DNA from: Isurus oxyrinchus
Lineage: Eukaryota
Length of the DNA: 64,000 nucleotides
Direction: 5' to 3'
Assembly: GCA_026770705.1 (NCBI GenBank)
Contig: JANJGN010000013.1
Location: forward strand, 57,722,001 to 57,786,000
Below, in pieces: positions 50,260 through 63,265 of this stretch. The notes under the pieces are model-generated. The model was not told the DNA's origin. It searched no databases and saw only the letters and a list, made by a program, of their open reading frames with translations. How positions within the stretch are numbered: the first letter of the stretch is position 1; each line of letters starts with the position of its first letter. A program made the translations under genes and the position numbers.

Positions 50260-51410
50260 AAAAACAGTGTCACACAACAGACTTGTGAAAAAAATTCTAG
50301 TCATGGAATAAAAGGGAAAGTAAGAGCTTGGATAAGAAATTGGCTGAGTGACAGGAAACAGTAGTGATAAATGGTTATTTTTCAGATTGGAGGAAGGTTT
50401 GCAGTGGAGTTCCGCAGGGACCCGTGTTGGGACCCTTGCTCTTCCTGATATATTTAATGATCTAGACTGTGGTGTGATTTCAAAATTTGCAGATGATATG
50501 AAGATTGCAAATGTCAACTGTGATGGGGATAGCTTTGAACTTAAAAAGGATATAGGCATGTTGGTGGATTGGGCAGACAAGTGGCTGATGAAGTGCAATG
50601 CAGAGAAGTGTGAGGTGATTAATTTTGGCAGGAAAATATATGGTCAGACAGTGTAAAAGAAAGGGAGAGCCTCGAAATGAGGTGCAAGAACAGAACGACC
50701 TCGGTGTATCCGTACATAGGTCATTGAAGATGGCAGGGCATGTTGAGAGAGCATTTAATAAGCATATCGAATCTCAGGCTTTATTTATAGGGGCATTGAG
50801 TACAAGAGTAAGGAGGTCATGTTGAACTTGTATAAAGCACCTGTTAGGCCTCATCTGGAGTACTGCATACAGTTCTGGGTGCTATACTTGAGGAAGCATG
50901 TGAAGGCATTGGAAGAGTACAGAGGAGATTTGCAAGAATGATTCCAGGCGTAGAGAACTGTAGTTATGAGGATAGGTTGGAGCAGCAGGGTCTGTTTTCT
51001 TTGGTGAAAAGAAGGCTAAGAGGAGATTTGATAAAGGTATTCAAGATTCTGAGGGGTATGGACAGGGTAAATAGTGATAAACTGTTCCCACTCAAGAGAA
51101 TATGAAGAACTAGAGAGCACAGATTCAAAATAATTGGCAAAAGGAGTAAATGTAATGTGAGGAAAACATTTTTCACCCAGGGGGTGGTTGGAGTCTGGAA
51201 CAAACTCTCTGAGAGGGTGGTGGAGACAGGTTCAGTCGAGCTATTCAAAAGGGAATTGGATTGCTACCTGAACAGAGAGCATGTGCAAGGTTACAGGGAT
51301 AAAGCACGGGAGAGGGACTAGATGGAATGCTGTTTCAGAGATTCAGTGCAGAATCGATGGGCTGAGTGGCCTCCTTCTGCACTGTAAAGATACTGAGATA
51401 CTGTGATACT
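50260..51410 (+). mobile_element. CR1 LINE 3' fragment
   Basis: [18 protein letters not shown]...WADKWLMKCNAEKC. Confidence 0.82.
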
Positions 51411-52084
51411 GCGAAAATGTTTTTCTCAATGAAACAACATTGCTTTTGTTACTCTCTAACTTCTGGATTAACACATTGTACCATTTCATCACAGCTCTCT
51501 GGAGGTCTGTAGACAACCCCATTACTATTCTGGATTCCCTTTTAATCCCTCAAATCTAACCACAGAGTCTCTGCTGATTGTTTTTGCTGACCTACATCCA
51601 TTGTTATTCATGGGTGAAATTATGTTTAATTAGTAAGGCTACTACTATTCCTCCTCTTCTGGCTTTCCTATCCTTTCTAAGGAGTTTATAACTTGAAATG
51701 TTTTCCAATCATGACCAGTTACAGACATGTCTCAATATGGCCTCCATGCCATACACTCTAAACTTTATATGAGCTTGTAATTTCTTCAATTTATTTCTTG
51801 AACTCTGTATTATTTCTGCTAAAGACTCTAACCTTCATTCTGTCCTCTGCTGTCTTTCTCACACCATTTAGCTTGACATGTTTCTTATTTGTCATTCCTG
51901 TGTAACAACTTTAGTTATTTTATTATTCCCTTCAACAGGGGGTATCTATGTCATTGCTTGTGACCCGATCGTTTTAAAACTTTTTTTTAAATCTTTAAGC
52001 TATCATTTTTGTTCTTGTTTCTGACTGAGTCCTACCCACTGCCATTCCCCACCCCAGCCCATTTATTAGCTCAAAATTCTTTTG

Positions 52085-52760
52085 AGCAGTTTATTCATCC
52101 TTCCTGCTAATACGCTGGACCCAGCTGGTTCAGGTACAGCCCATCCCAATAGGACTCCCTGTTATCCCACTTCTGCTGCCAGTATGCCATGAAATATAAC
52201 TTTTTCTCTTTCCAAGTGTTCTTCACCCTGATCTGCTTTGGCCTTATGTCAATTATTGAGATTACCAAGTTTGAGCTTCTGCCAGTTAATTTAATTTGCA
52301 ACTCTTGATGCTCCCTCAGCAGGACCTCCTTCCTCATGACATTGGTTTTAATGTGAATCACAACAACTGCCTCTGCCTTTCTAAGTCCCTTTCCTGCCAT
52401 TTCAGGATATTCTTTATTTTCATACAAAGTAGGCAATACACCCTTTCGAATTCTCGATCATGTCTGATTATTGGATGTCCATGCCGAATGCATTTCTATT
52501 CTTCTTTTCTCGCCTTTGGTCAGCCCTCTGCTGTATCATGCTTGGATCATTGTTCTCTTTTATCCTCATGCATTGTACTTGTTGAATAGGACCAAGGTCG
52601 CTGGATCCTTCTTAGTTTCCCCTACCCTGTTGACTGACAGTCACACGCCTCCTTCCTGAACCTGTGCTTTCCTCTGAAGTATGACTGTATGCTGGAGAAA
52701 ACAATTTCTTCCCGTCCCTTATATATTGAAGTTGCTCTAGCTTGTCCTCCAACTCAATGG
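52085..52760 (-). mobile_element. CR1 ORF1 relic
   Basis: VVVIHIKTN...WDGLYLN esterase-like motifs (ORF 52107-52436). Confidence 0.5.
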
Positions 52761-53995
52761 GCAAGATTTTTAGGCTCCGATGGGAGCAAGTACAGAGGCA
52801 AGTGGGCATGAAGCTTCTTGCCACTGGCCAACATGCTAGTTTGCATTCACTTGGCTGGTAGCCAATTGAGTTAGTTAAAGGCGTATTAAAGTTGATTGTC
52901 AGAGACCAATTGGATGGGCCTTCTGAGGTGTTGGGGACTTGGCCAGCTGTCTGAAGGAAGCTACCCAATGGCAACTTGGGGGACCAACTCTCTTGTCAGG
53001 TTAGGGGGCCCTCCCTACTCCCCTGTCCTCAGCTGTGGTCACAGGCAGTGGAAGCCTGCTGAAGACATTTATAAATCTAAAATTGTAAAATGTTGGATGC
53101 ACCCTTTCTCTCTTAACTGAACTGCAAGCTCCTGCTTCTTCAGTGATGTAGGGGCTCCTATTGGCCCTTCTGCTCTGAGAGCCTGCCCACTGTCCTAAAT
53201 TGGGCAGTGAGCCCGCTCTCTGGCCACTACTTGGTAAATTCAGGGAAAATCACTGCCGTGTGGCTGTTCCCCATACAGTGCTGGGTCATGATCTCATTTG
53301 ACCCTGTTATTGGGACTCAACCGAAAAGGCAAAATCCTGTAAAAAACCTCTGGCTTGGAGTATCTCAAGGCAGAGGCATTTCCTACAGCTGATTGACTGT
53401 AAATGTCCACTGACCTGTATATTTTAAAGTTGATAACAACAGACTTCCTGTACAACTACTCACCCACTTTTACAAAATGTCTGTTGTCATTCTGCTTAGC
53501 AGGCAACTCCAGTCAGCAGATTCACCCAACACTCAACAAGTACTATGATGCATTTCAATTTCATTTATTTTCACCACACCAAACACAAAATTGAAGTCAT
53601 CCCCTGGCTCTATCTTATGCTACATTCTGCCTAGTTTTGCCTTTATTTGTGCCTTGAGACATTTGCACTTCTGAGCCTTCAGCCTGGGGATGTCTAGGGG
53701 GATAGATGTTGATGTTTAGCTTTGAGATGGTGGTCAGTCCAGCAGTGAGCGTTGCATATGGCTTTCATTACACAGGCATCTTGCCTGTCCCTCTGCTTGG
53801 TGATGACACAGTCAATTAGATGCTATTGCATGGAATGGGTGCATCCAAGAGATCTTGTTGTGAATAGGGAGGTGGAAAACTGTGTTGGTGATTATCAGCT
53901 CATGCTCAACCAACATCTTCAAGCAAGAACAAGAGAAGCCCAGTGCTGTTACAATTGCCAACACCATTTTTTCCAATGACCCCTTCCCGCATCTG

Positions 53996-54656
53996 GGGCA
54001 GAATTTTGCCCGTGGTGTGCGGGATTATTGGAGGCAGGTGGGGGTGGTCAGGAAGCCAACCACTGCCCGCGATCGACAGCGTAATGTGATTTCACACTGC
54101 TGGGCCAATTAAGGCCCAACCAACATGATACGTGTGTGGCATTTCTTAGTGCTGCCTGTGCAGGAAGGTGAGAGATTGCTAAATAATCTCCCTGAGGCAT
54201 GGAGCTGCCTCAGGGAGATGAAGATATTGAAAAAATTAATAAAGCACAGAAAAATATAATGAAATATGTCCCCTCATTTGACCCTGTCACATGAGCAGGG
54301 ACATGTTTTTACTTAAAAAATAAAGTTTTTATTTCGTTTGCATTTGCTTTTGGAAACTTCATCCCACCGGTGAGTGAGGTTTCCAAAAAAATGCAAAGGC
54401 CGCTTGGCCTTTTCGCCTGCCCACCAACCATTAGGTTGAATGGGCAGTGAAAAATTAATGACAGTTGATAACTTAATGGCCTTAATAGGCCTTTTAATTG
54501 TTGGTGGGCGCATTACTGACTCTGACATGTGCCCGCCAACCGAATTATCGCGTGACTGCGAGATGATGTCGGCACTCTCGGCCGACATCATCGCACATCA
54601 TTTCACGCTTGGTTGGATTGGACAGGTGCCCACCCACTGAGCTAAAAGTTCTGGCC
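53996..54656. mobile_element. Harbinger-type MITE
   Basis: Termini gggcagaatttt / aaaagttctggcc with 3-bp TSD ctg; related to 61734-62400 and 62813-63265. Confidence 0.7.
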
Positions 54657-55744
54657 CTGGTGTTCTGCAACAACCCTTGTGTTGAAGTCTCCAAGAGTGA
54701 AGGGCTTGTCTTTGTTTGGCATCATAGCAATCATTGTCTTTGCCAAAGATCACTGGGAAGGGGTGGAGTAATATGTAATGTATTCTAACAGAGGAGAGTT
54801 GTTCTCATTATTCTTTACAGTGCATTCATGCTGCAACAGTAAGAGTTTTGCTTTGTAGTTAATGGCATACATGTTGCCTGAATCTAGAGTCAAGATCTGA
54901 GCTGAAAGCAATTATCTCGCTTTCCATTTGGTTTGAGCGTTAACACCAAATTCACACTACAAATGTTGAGTTTTTGTGTAAAAGAAAGAACTTGCATTTA
55001 ATGAGACACCTTCCATAAATTCAATGTGTCCTAGAGCCCTTTATATCTAATGAAGTATTTTTGAAGTGTAATCTCAATGAAAATGCAACTTAAATGGTGC
55101 CATAGCTTTGGCAAGGAGACCCTTGGAACCTCCAGGGAATGATGCAAATGGACATTTTTAACAATTTATACCATTTCCCTGGGACTTCTGCTGAAGATTC
55201 AAAGGGAGATCTTGGAGAAGCCCTGCATAATTTCAGGACCCTTGTATCTAGTGAAATACCAAGTTTGGTTCATCTTGATAAACATCTCAATGGACTGGGG
55301 TCAAATGCTATGTGCAGAGCAAAGAACCATTCACCTGACACCAACCTGGCAATTTTGTTGTGAGACAACTTATGTGAAACCTAGAGTGAACAGTAAATAA
55401 AATATCTTCATTCTCATGCTAAACTCGGGTGCAGTAACAATCCAGTCAGAGCTCAATGGCATGATCAGGCCAGAGGCAGGTTCTGAGTTTTGTCCAATTC
55501 TGTCCCAAATGTCCCCAGGCTTTTCCCAGTCTCCTGCTGTAACTTTGGTCAGAGATTGGGCAGAACTTAGGGGAGAAACATAAATGGCCACTTTTGTCAT
55601 TTCTCCGGGGATTTGACAGAGAAACCCCACTGCCCCCTCATGAAAAACTCAGGCATGTGTCACTGGGTACAAAACGAATAATTGATCAATACTTCTCAAC
55701 TTTGAATAACACCCACTGCTTAAAGTCAGACCAATTTGAAAACA

Positions 55745-55750
55745 TTTATT
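55745..55750 (-). terminator. Candidate SEPTIN5 poly(A) signal
   Basis: AATAAA on the - strand about 320 nt after the stop codon. Confidence 0.4.
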
Positions 55751-56067
55751 AGTAAAGAGTATTTTCCACGTAAGCATTCCGATGCAAATATGTCGCTGAA
55801 TGATTTTCAATTGTACTGACAAGATATTAAATACAAACCCAAACAAACAAGCAGGATATGTAAATGATATGGTGGCACTAGACAGAGTAGGCCAGACACA
55901 TGGTCACCCTTGAGCTGTGTCTAGAGTATAACAGAAAACACGGAACACATTCTGTACAGTGCATTTCCCCCCAAGTCATGGCCTGTGTCTTGTCCAGCCT
56001 TCTTCATTCCTATTGGATTTGGCTGACAAGGTGAGTACTTGTTCTTCACTCAGTGTCAGTCCGTCAC

Positions 56068-56124
56068 TCACTGGTCCTGCATTTGCTGTTGCATTCGTTG
56101 CAACATTTCTTGCATTCGCCGCAG
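56068..56124 (-). CDS. SEPTIN5: Septin 5, last coding exon
   Basis: ctatag|LRRMQEMLQRMQQQMQDQ*, nearly identical to the human SEPTIN5 C-terminus. Confidence 0.93.
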   Translation of the reverse strand: MRRMQEMLQRMQQQMQDQ

Positions 56125-57049
56125 CTATAGAAAGAAGCCCATATTACTGTCAGCTAATGCTATACATCAGCAACAAGCAGTAACTATAATTTGTACTATT
56201 GACCATTACGTGCCAACATCTACATATCAATATTTATCTAGTCATACAGTAAGACTATGTTTATCTAAAGAGGTTAGGAACACCCATATGCAGATAATGA
56301 ATAATCCACTTAACGTTCTGCATACTAACTAAATGTTACACAACGTGAAAAGATATTCATTTACTCTGAAAATTGGCACTTGCTATGATGAAACCTTTCT
56401 ATGTCAGTAACAAGCAGCTTGGCTATTTGGTCAATTCCAAAATTTGGGCTTGGATTTTCGACTTGCTGCCCAGGCGTTAAACTGACATTGTGGATCAGAC
56501 ACATGATATAGGAACTGTGGAGTTTTAATTTCTAATGATTTTAATGGAAATCAAAATTGGGGAGCAACTATTTTGGACAGCCAATTTGCAATTCCATACA
56601 GGCATCAAGTTGAAAGTATAGTCCTTTGGTATTCAGATTTGCCATTACTACAAAGCCTACCACTACATCGGGAAACTTAGGGTGGCCAATAAATTCAGCA
56701 TTGTTGGCATTAGCATGTCCTGAAAATGAATAAAACTTTACTAATGATCACAGATGAAAGATAGTGCCTGTCAATTAAGAATCTGTTAATCGTATTGCCC
56801 ATCACTGGGTAATAAAACATTCCAACTCACATGATTTGAAAATTGTCAGTACATTACACCTTTTAGAAACAATTCAATGCAAAAAGATCAGACAAAAGGA
56901 AGGTCAGCAATTAGATAAAGAGCTGAAGTTACAAGAGTGAAATAAACATTTACTGATGAGTCCATTCACATAGATGGTCAGCACCACCAGGCTTTTCAAG
57001 GTCATGGACTATTCAACCACACAACAGTCTGCACTCCCCAGATACTCAC

Positions 57050-57152
57050 CTCTTCATCCTTCATTTTGATCAGTTTCTCTGTCTCTGCATCTGGAGTTGG
57101 CACGGGTAGTAAGGGGAGTGGACTTTCTGCTCGGTTGTCCTGGGTCAATTTA
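57050..57152 (-). CDS. SEPTIN5: Septin 5 coding exon
   Basis: ttccag|(S)[34 protein letters not shown]|gtgagt; phases agree with neighbouring exons. Confidence 0.93.
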
Positions 57153-58002
57153 CTGGAAAGTTAAAGAAAGAAAAAAGATCAGTGGCTTTATTCTGTTCAC
57201 TTTGAGATGAATCAGGGCCCAATTTCAGAACATTATATTAAGATGAATAAAGAAATTTAGGTGTCTAAATTTCTGAGCTCCAGTCATAAGCATGAAAACA
57301 AATGAAGTCCCCAAAGAAACATTACAAACAGCCTAAAATGTCTGTTGCAGTCGTCCGCCAAGGTTCCACCAGTCTCTCACAAGAGTTACAATGGGCACGC
57401 AGAAGAAACCCCCACATAATTTCAGGGCATTAGTCAATTTCTATTTATATTGTAAAAGAATAAGCTTTAAGTCAGTAATTTCTGTAAGAGGTCTCCAATC
57501 GTGTGGCCTAACTTTGGCAAAAGATTGATGAAAACCATGGGAGAAAATGGTGGAAGCGGCTGCTACAACAGATGATGGTTTGAACTTCCATTGAAAGTCT
57601 GTCCCTTCAGTGCCCAACACTGTTATTACTGTTAGAGGGGTGTATGCTTTAACCAGCTTTTGCTCAAATTCAGTGCAGCTGGCCAAGTGATCTGAATAGT
57701 TCTGCAATTGACTTTACATTGATGGAATCTCAACAATGTGACATAGATTTGATCTAATTTAATAGATGAAAGCAGGTGCAGAAGAATGCAAAATGATTTT
57801 ACACTGTATAGATCAATGTAGAGGTATAACTACATAAAAAGTGAATGGAATAGAATGATGACATTCAGCTTCTGAGTCGCTGCCTGGGTCTCAATTGTGC
57901 AATGAGGCAGTTGAAAATGTTGACAAAATACAAAGATACAGTCAGAACAGTGGAAAGTCAATTTATTGAGGTCATGCTCAGGTTGTACAATAGACTAGTC
58001 AA

Positions 58003-58251
58003 TAATAATAATATAGATAAAAACAAAAAACTGCGGATGCTGGAAATCCAAAACAAAAACAGAATTACCTGGAAAAACTCAGCAGATCTGGCAGCATTGG
58101 CAGAGAAGAAAAGAGTTGACATTTCGAGTCCTCATGACCCTTCAACAGAACTGTTCTGTTGAAGGGTCATGAGGACTCGAAATGTCAACTCTTTTCTTCT
58201 CTGCCGATGCTGCCAGACCTGCTGAGTTTTTCCAGGTAATTCTGTTTTTGT
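58003..58251. mobile_element. Palindromic PLE-terminus insertion in a SEPTIN5 intron
   Basis: Arms centred on 58152; TSD aatagacta(g/a)tcaa at 57989-58002 and 58252-58265; (taa)n filler at one end. Confidence 0.88.
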
Positions 58252-59439
58252 AATAGACTAATCAAATCGCACCTGAAGCATTGTGTACAATTTGGGCTGC
58301 TGCACTGCCAGAGGGATATGCAACTATTGGCATTAAGGTTGTTCAGCTAGAACAGTAGTTGCCAGTGTAAACTGCATGAAACATAAAGAAATATTTAATT
58401 ACCAAACCTTCTGCAGCTGCATAGAAGATGGTAAAGGAAGCTCCATGAGGTGAATAAACTATTAAACATCTTAGGTTTGGTAATCACTGAATATGACCCA
58501 ATAATTAGGCAGATTAATGGGACCTGAGATTATAAGTGTAACTTGGTAAAGAATGAATCAAATGGCATAAGTTCAGAAGTTCTTAAACTGGGCGTGTGGG
58601 GGGGGGGGGTGCAATACAATCAGAATAACAGGTAGTTAAGACGTGGGTCTGGAATTTCCATGGGGGTTCTCTGGTCTGCCATTGCTTTTGCAGGAAATGT
58701 GTGGAACTCCAGGAGAAACAATTTCAATGACCATGTTTGGTAATTTCTCCAGGAGTTCCACTGAATCCTGTTTATGCTAAGATAGGTGATCAGGAGAATC
58801 CCCTTGAAATTTCAGAGTCACAGTCTTACTTTGGATGTTAGGCTGGGAGAATTGGAATACTGGAGTGACAGATTTTAATGGGCTGCAGGACCTCCTTGAT
58901 TATTTTAAATATATGGTATAATTACAAAAGAAACCAAATGCACGGTTATAATTTGCTCCCCTCAAAGATATAGGCTTTGGAAGTTCACAGTAATTTAATG
59001 AGCAATAAACTTGTAATGTTGGACATGGCTTGCATCATTGCATTGCTGATCCATTTCTGAACAAAGGCCATAGCATCTGTGCCACCCTGTTACTATGGCA
59101 ACAGAGATGAGAAGTGAGAGCTTTTTGCCAGCTGCTGCTCATCAGCCACCGTCAGCAGCAACACACAGCTGTCCAGCAACAAACCTCTCTCAGATTTCCC
59201 TTCACTTATAACGGTCTTTGTTTGACATCTCCACACAGAAATGCTTTTGAGGTCTGCAACACAGCAGGGTGGTGTCAGCAGTTAGCTAGGATTTGGGGTG
59301 CCTGCATTCCTCCATCAAACCTGTTGAATATGCTTTTCAACCACAGTACCTGCAATAGTGCCCATTCAAATTGATAAAGCTTAGTTGTCAGACCTGGTTC
59401 CCCACAAGAGGATGAGTGCAAGAGAGATGAAAAACAGAC

Positions 59440-59575
59440 CTGGTCATCTCCTGAATGCACCTGGCTCTGAAATTCTCGTAGTGAATGTCCCAGGTCACAT
59501 CCTTCAGGTCCTGCATGTGTGTCCGGATCAGCATGTTCCGCAGTTTTACAAAGTCACAGTGTGCCTGATTCTCCA
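59440..59575 (-). CDS. SEPTIN5: Septin 5 coding exon
   Basis: cacag|(V)[44 protein letters not shown]|gtctgt; septin unique element. Confidence 0.95.
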
Positions 59576-61514
59576 CTGTGAAAATAAAACAAAAAGGAAA
59601 CCATGTTTGTTTGCCTGCACTTTTCCTTTGGAGAACATTATGAAGTAGTAGATGAATTAGCAGACCACAACATGGATGTATCCTTCATGATACAAACTAT
59701 ATGCTAGCTGATAAGGTAATTAACCCTATAACTACCCACAGCTCATTTGGCTCAAATATCCCACTGGATTTCCAATGCAGGATTCAGAACTAGAGGTAGC
59801 TTTCACTCGACTATGCTGGTTTCCTTGGTACAGTTCATCTGAAATCAGCACAGCCAATGCAAAAGACCATGAAATTTAAAGCACAAATTTCATTTTTCGC
59901 AAAGCAAATTTCCACCACCTTTTGTGCTAGTTTGAAAAAAACATTACACTAGACTAAACCTGCCTTGCTCACTGAACTGGCTACGCTCTCAGGGTGAATT
60001 CTCACCATTGGGATTTTCCATTAATCCCACTTGTTCACAGGTTTCTGTGGAGGCTCCAAAATTTAAGCTGCCTCTTTTGGATACAAGGACTTGAATAGGC
60101 ATGATTTAGTAGCTTTTGAATGATTTTCCTCCAAATTTTCTAAGAAACTGTGATAATGCCACAATATAACCAGCAAATGGTTCTCTACATTTTTAAAGGT
60201 AATTTTCAGTGATTTAAAATCAAGTTACTCCCAGCAAATTGATATTGACTAAAAATGCTTCTCTTTTGAGACAACCACATTTTCACTGCATTAATTAAAC
60301 CACACCAAGTTACCATTCTTAGTTACATCAAGGGATAATTTTTAGGGCAATTTTTTAAACAAAATTGCCCATTTGCATAATTTCAAGGCAGATTTAGTGA
60401 TAGCAAATGTGTTGGGTGAAAACTCAAGAGGAAAAGGAATTTTTTGAAAAGGTTGCAATTTGCAACAGAAACACCTATTGCACCCAAAATAGAAACTTTA
60501 TCTTTTGAATTTTAACCTAACCAGTGTGACGCCAAATCAAATTGGGCACAATTTCTTGATTGTGCCCAAAGTGAAAACCCTATTCAATAATGTTTGCCAT
60601 TACTACTAAGTAGTAGTACAGTTGCTGTTCAATAGGACTCATAATATATCCTTGGGAGCCTTTTGGCCAGTAACCCTGTGACATGCAGCATTTAGTGGAA
60701 AATGGAAGGGATGGATGTCTGTCAGTTTCTTAGAGAATGCCAGAATGATGTTGCTGGATTTTTGCTTTCACCCCTGTCTTATTTTGCAGTTAGGGAGCAG
60801 CCATGGAGTGTTATTAGGATTGTATAATTGAAAGGGATATAGAAACATTTGGTTGTTTTTTAATGTTTTTCATCCTCTCCTGATGGCTCAGCTGAGGTAG
60901 GGTTGCACAGGCACTAGCAGCCCTACAGTAACCCACTGAAGTGACTAAACCTAATGAGCAAGCCTATATATATGGAGTGTCAATGGACTATTTGGTTATG
61001 GCATTATCACCATTGAGCTTGAGCTTATCCTCAGCCAACATCCACACATAAGTATCTACAGCAAGAATCACTGGATAGCAATAAGGAATAGCAATATTGT
61101 AACCCCTCCCAAGCACATTTACATTAAGGGCAATTATGCCATCCCAACAGTTGTCCCAGCCGAGATCAGCTAACTGAGCATAAACCATATACTCAACTTG
61201 GGATCTTCTCATTTGTATATCTTAGCTCAACATCAGATAATGACCATATCTGTTAGGATATCAGATTAGCTGGAAAGTTGCCTTTCATCTATCTTTACAT
61301 TCAGTGCCATGCCACATTGATGTCCGCATTTTTGTTCATTTCTAGCATATTCAGTTTTGTATATTTATGTAATTCCGTTCAAGGACAGAATCAAGTTCTT
61401 GCTAAAGAACTACCCTTCTCACAGGACTAACAAAAGTTGCTTCACACATCATGTCCCTTTCTGAACAAGGTCATTTGGAGGCAGGTAAAACTTCCCCTCA
61501 CAAAGCCGGCTCAC

Positions 61515-61611
61515 CTTCTACAATCCCCCATGGATACAGTCGTCCACGGACCCTCTGACCCCGTGCCTCCACCACTGTGTTGCTGCCGATGACAGCAAAA
61601 GGAATGCTGTC
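61515..61611 (-). CDS. SEPTIN5: Septin 5 coding exon (earlier exons presumably beyond the window)
   Basis: tttag|[32 protein letters not shown]|gtgagc. Confidence 0.95.
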
Positions 61612-61634
61612 CTAAAAAGAAAGAGAAAAAAGAA

Positions 61635-62720
61635 AGGCTTGCATTTATATAGCACCATTCAAAATCACTGGATGTCCCAAAGTGCTTTACAGCCAATGTA
61701 GTACTTTTGAAGTGTAGTCACTGTTGTAATATAGACCAGGATTTTCCCCTCCGCGTGCTGAGGGGAAAATGACGCGGGATGACGTGGGGAGGAATCCCCA
61801 ACGTCATCCTGGTCCCTTTAAATTTTTAGGAAGGCGGGGCGGACAGCGAAATGCCTGTTAAGGCCATTGACAGGCTCATTAAGATAATTAAAGAGCTGCC
61901 CGTCCAACCTTAAGGCTGGCGGGCAGGCCAGGAGCCCCAGCAGGCTCCAGGTTATTCATGAAATTTCATCCACTGGCGAAATGAAGGTTCATGTCCATTT
62001 TTTAAAAATATAATAAATTTTAAGTGTTTATTATTAACATATCCCATCTCGTGTGACAGTGTCACACAAGGGGGACATGTTAATAATTTCAATATTTTTC
62101 TATTTTTAGACTTTACTTACCTTTCACGAATCTCCCTGAGATAGAACTTTGCCTCAGGGAGCAGTGCACTTTTTCGCATGCATGCGCGAAAGAACACGCT
62201 TTGTCAGATGAGGATTCCCTCCCCCTCCACCCCCCGCACAGGAAACGCACAGCGCTTTCTGTCGGGCAGACCGCTGGGCAGGCCTTAATTGGCCCGCTCA
62301 CTCAAAATGGCGGCAGGCCCCGGTCCAGTGGCAGGGTTGGCTGTCCACCTGGCGCCTAGCCAGTGGGGCCCGCCCGCCATCTGAGGGCAAAATTCTGCCC
62401 ATAGGAAACAACCAATTTATATACAGCAAGCTGCCACAAACAGCAATGTGTTAATGGCCGTGTAATTACATAGATTAAGCAATATATATTGTAAGGACAC
62501 TGGGGTGAACTTTCCTACTCTTCTTCAAAATGGTGCTGTGGATCTTCTACGTTCACCTGAGAGGGCAGATGGGGCCTTATGTAAAGTCTCATTCAAAAGA
62601 TGTGACTTGTGAGAGTGCAGCACTCCCGCAGTACCGCACTGGAGTGCCAACTTTGATTTTTGTGTTAAGTCCTGAAGTGGGACTCAAATCCACACATGTC
62701 TGACACAGAGGTTATCAACT
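61635..62720 (-). mobile_element. tRNA-derived SINE interrupted by a Harbinger-type MITE (61734-62400)
   Basis: SINE sequence ctgttgtaatata|ggaaac is split by an element with termini gaccaggatttt / aaaattctgccc and TSD ata. Confidence 0.7.
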
Positions 62721-62812
62721 AGACATCATTGACAGCTGAGTCTTGTCATCATTCATGCCTTTGATGGATATTAAGCAGGGTTACTAGAACCGAAAGGTTA
62801 AAGTATTTCATA

Positions 62813-63265
62813 GGGGAGAATTTTCCCCTCATCGAGCAGGCGCGGCGGGCGGCTCAGGAGAGGCCGCGCAACAGCCCACGCCCACAATGGAGCCTTGTCA
62901 CATGAGAGAAACATGTTAAAAATTAGATTTAAATTTTTATTTTATTTTTAATCAACATCGGAAACGTCATCCCGCCAGCGGATGTGGTTTCCTCAAAAAT
63001 CCAAAGGCCGCTTGGCCTTTTCACCTGCCTGCCAACCATAAGGTTGGATGGGCAGGAAAAAATTTACTTTAATTAATTTATTAATGGGCTTAATAAGCCT
63101 CTTAATTGTCAGTGGGTGCGCTGCCGACTCATGCGTGCGCCTGCCAACCGAAAAAGCACCCGAGTGCGCAATGACGTCAGTATGCTTGCCCAACATCATC
63201 ACATGCCATCTCATGCTCATATGTGACAGGCATGCGCCCGCATGCCGAGCTGAAAACTCCAGCCC
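62813..63265. mobile_element. Harbinger-type MITE
   Basis: Termini ggggagaatttt / aaaactccagccc with TSD ata; internal sequence shared with 53996-54656. Confidence 0.65.
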
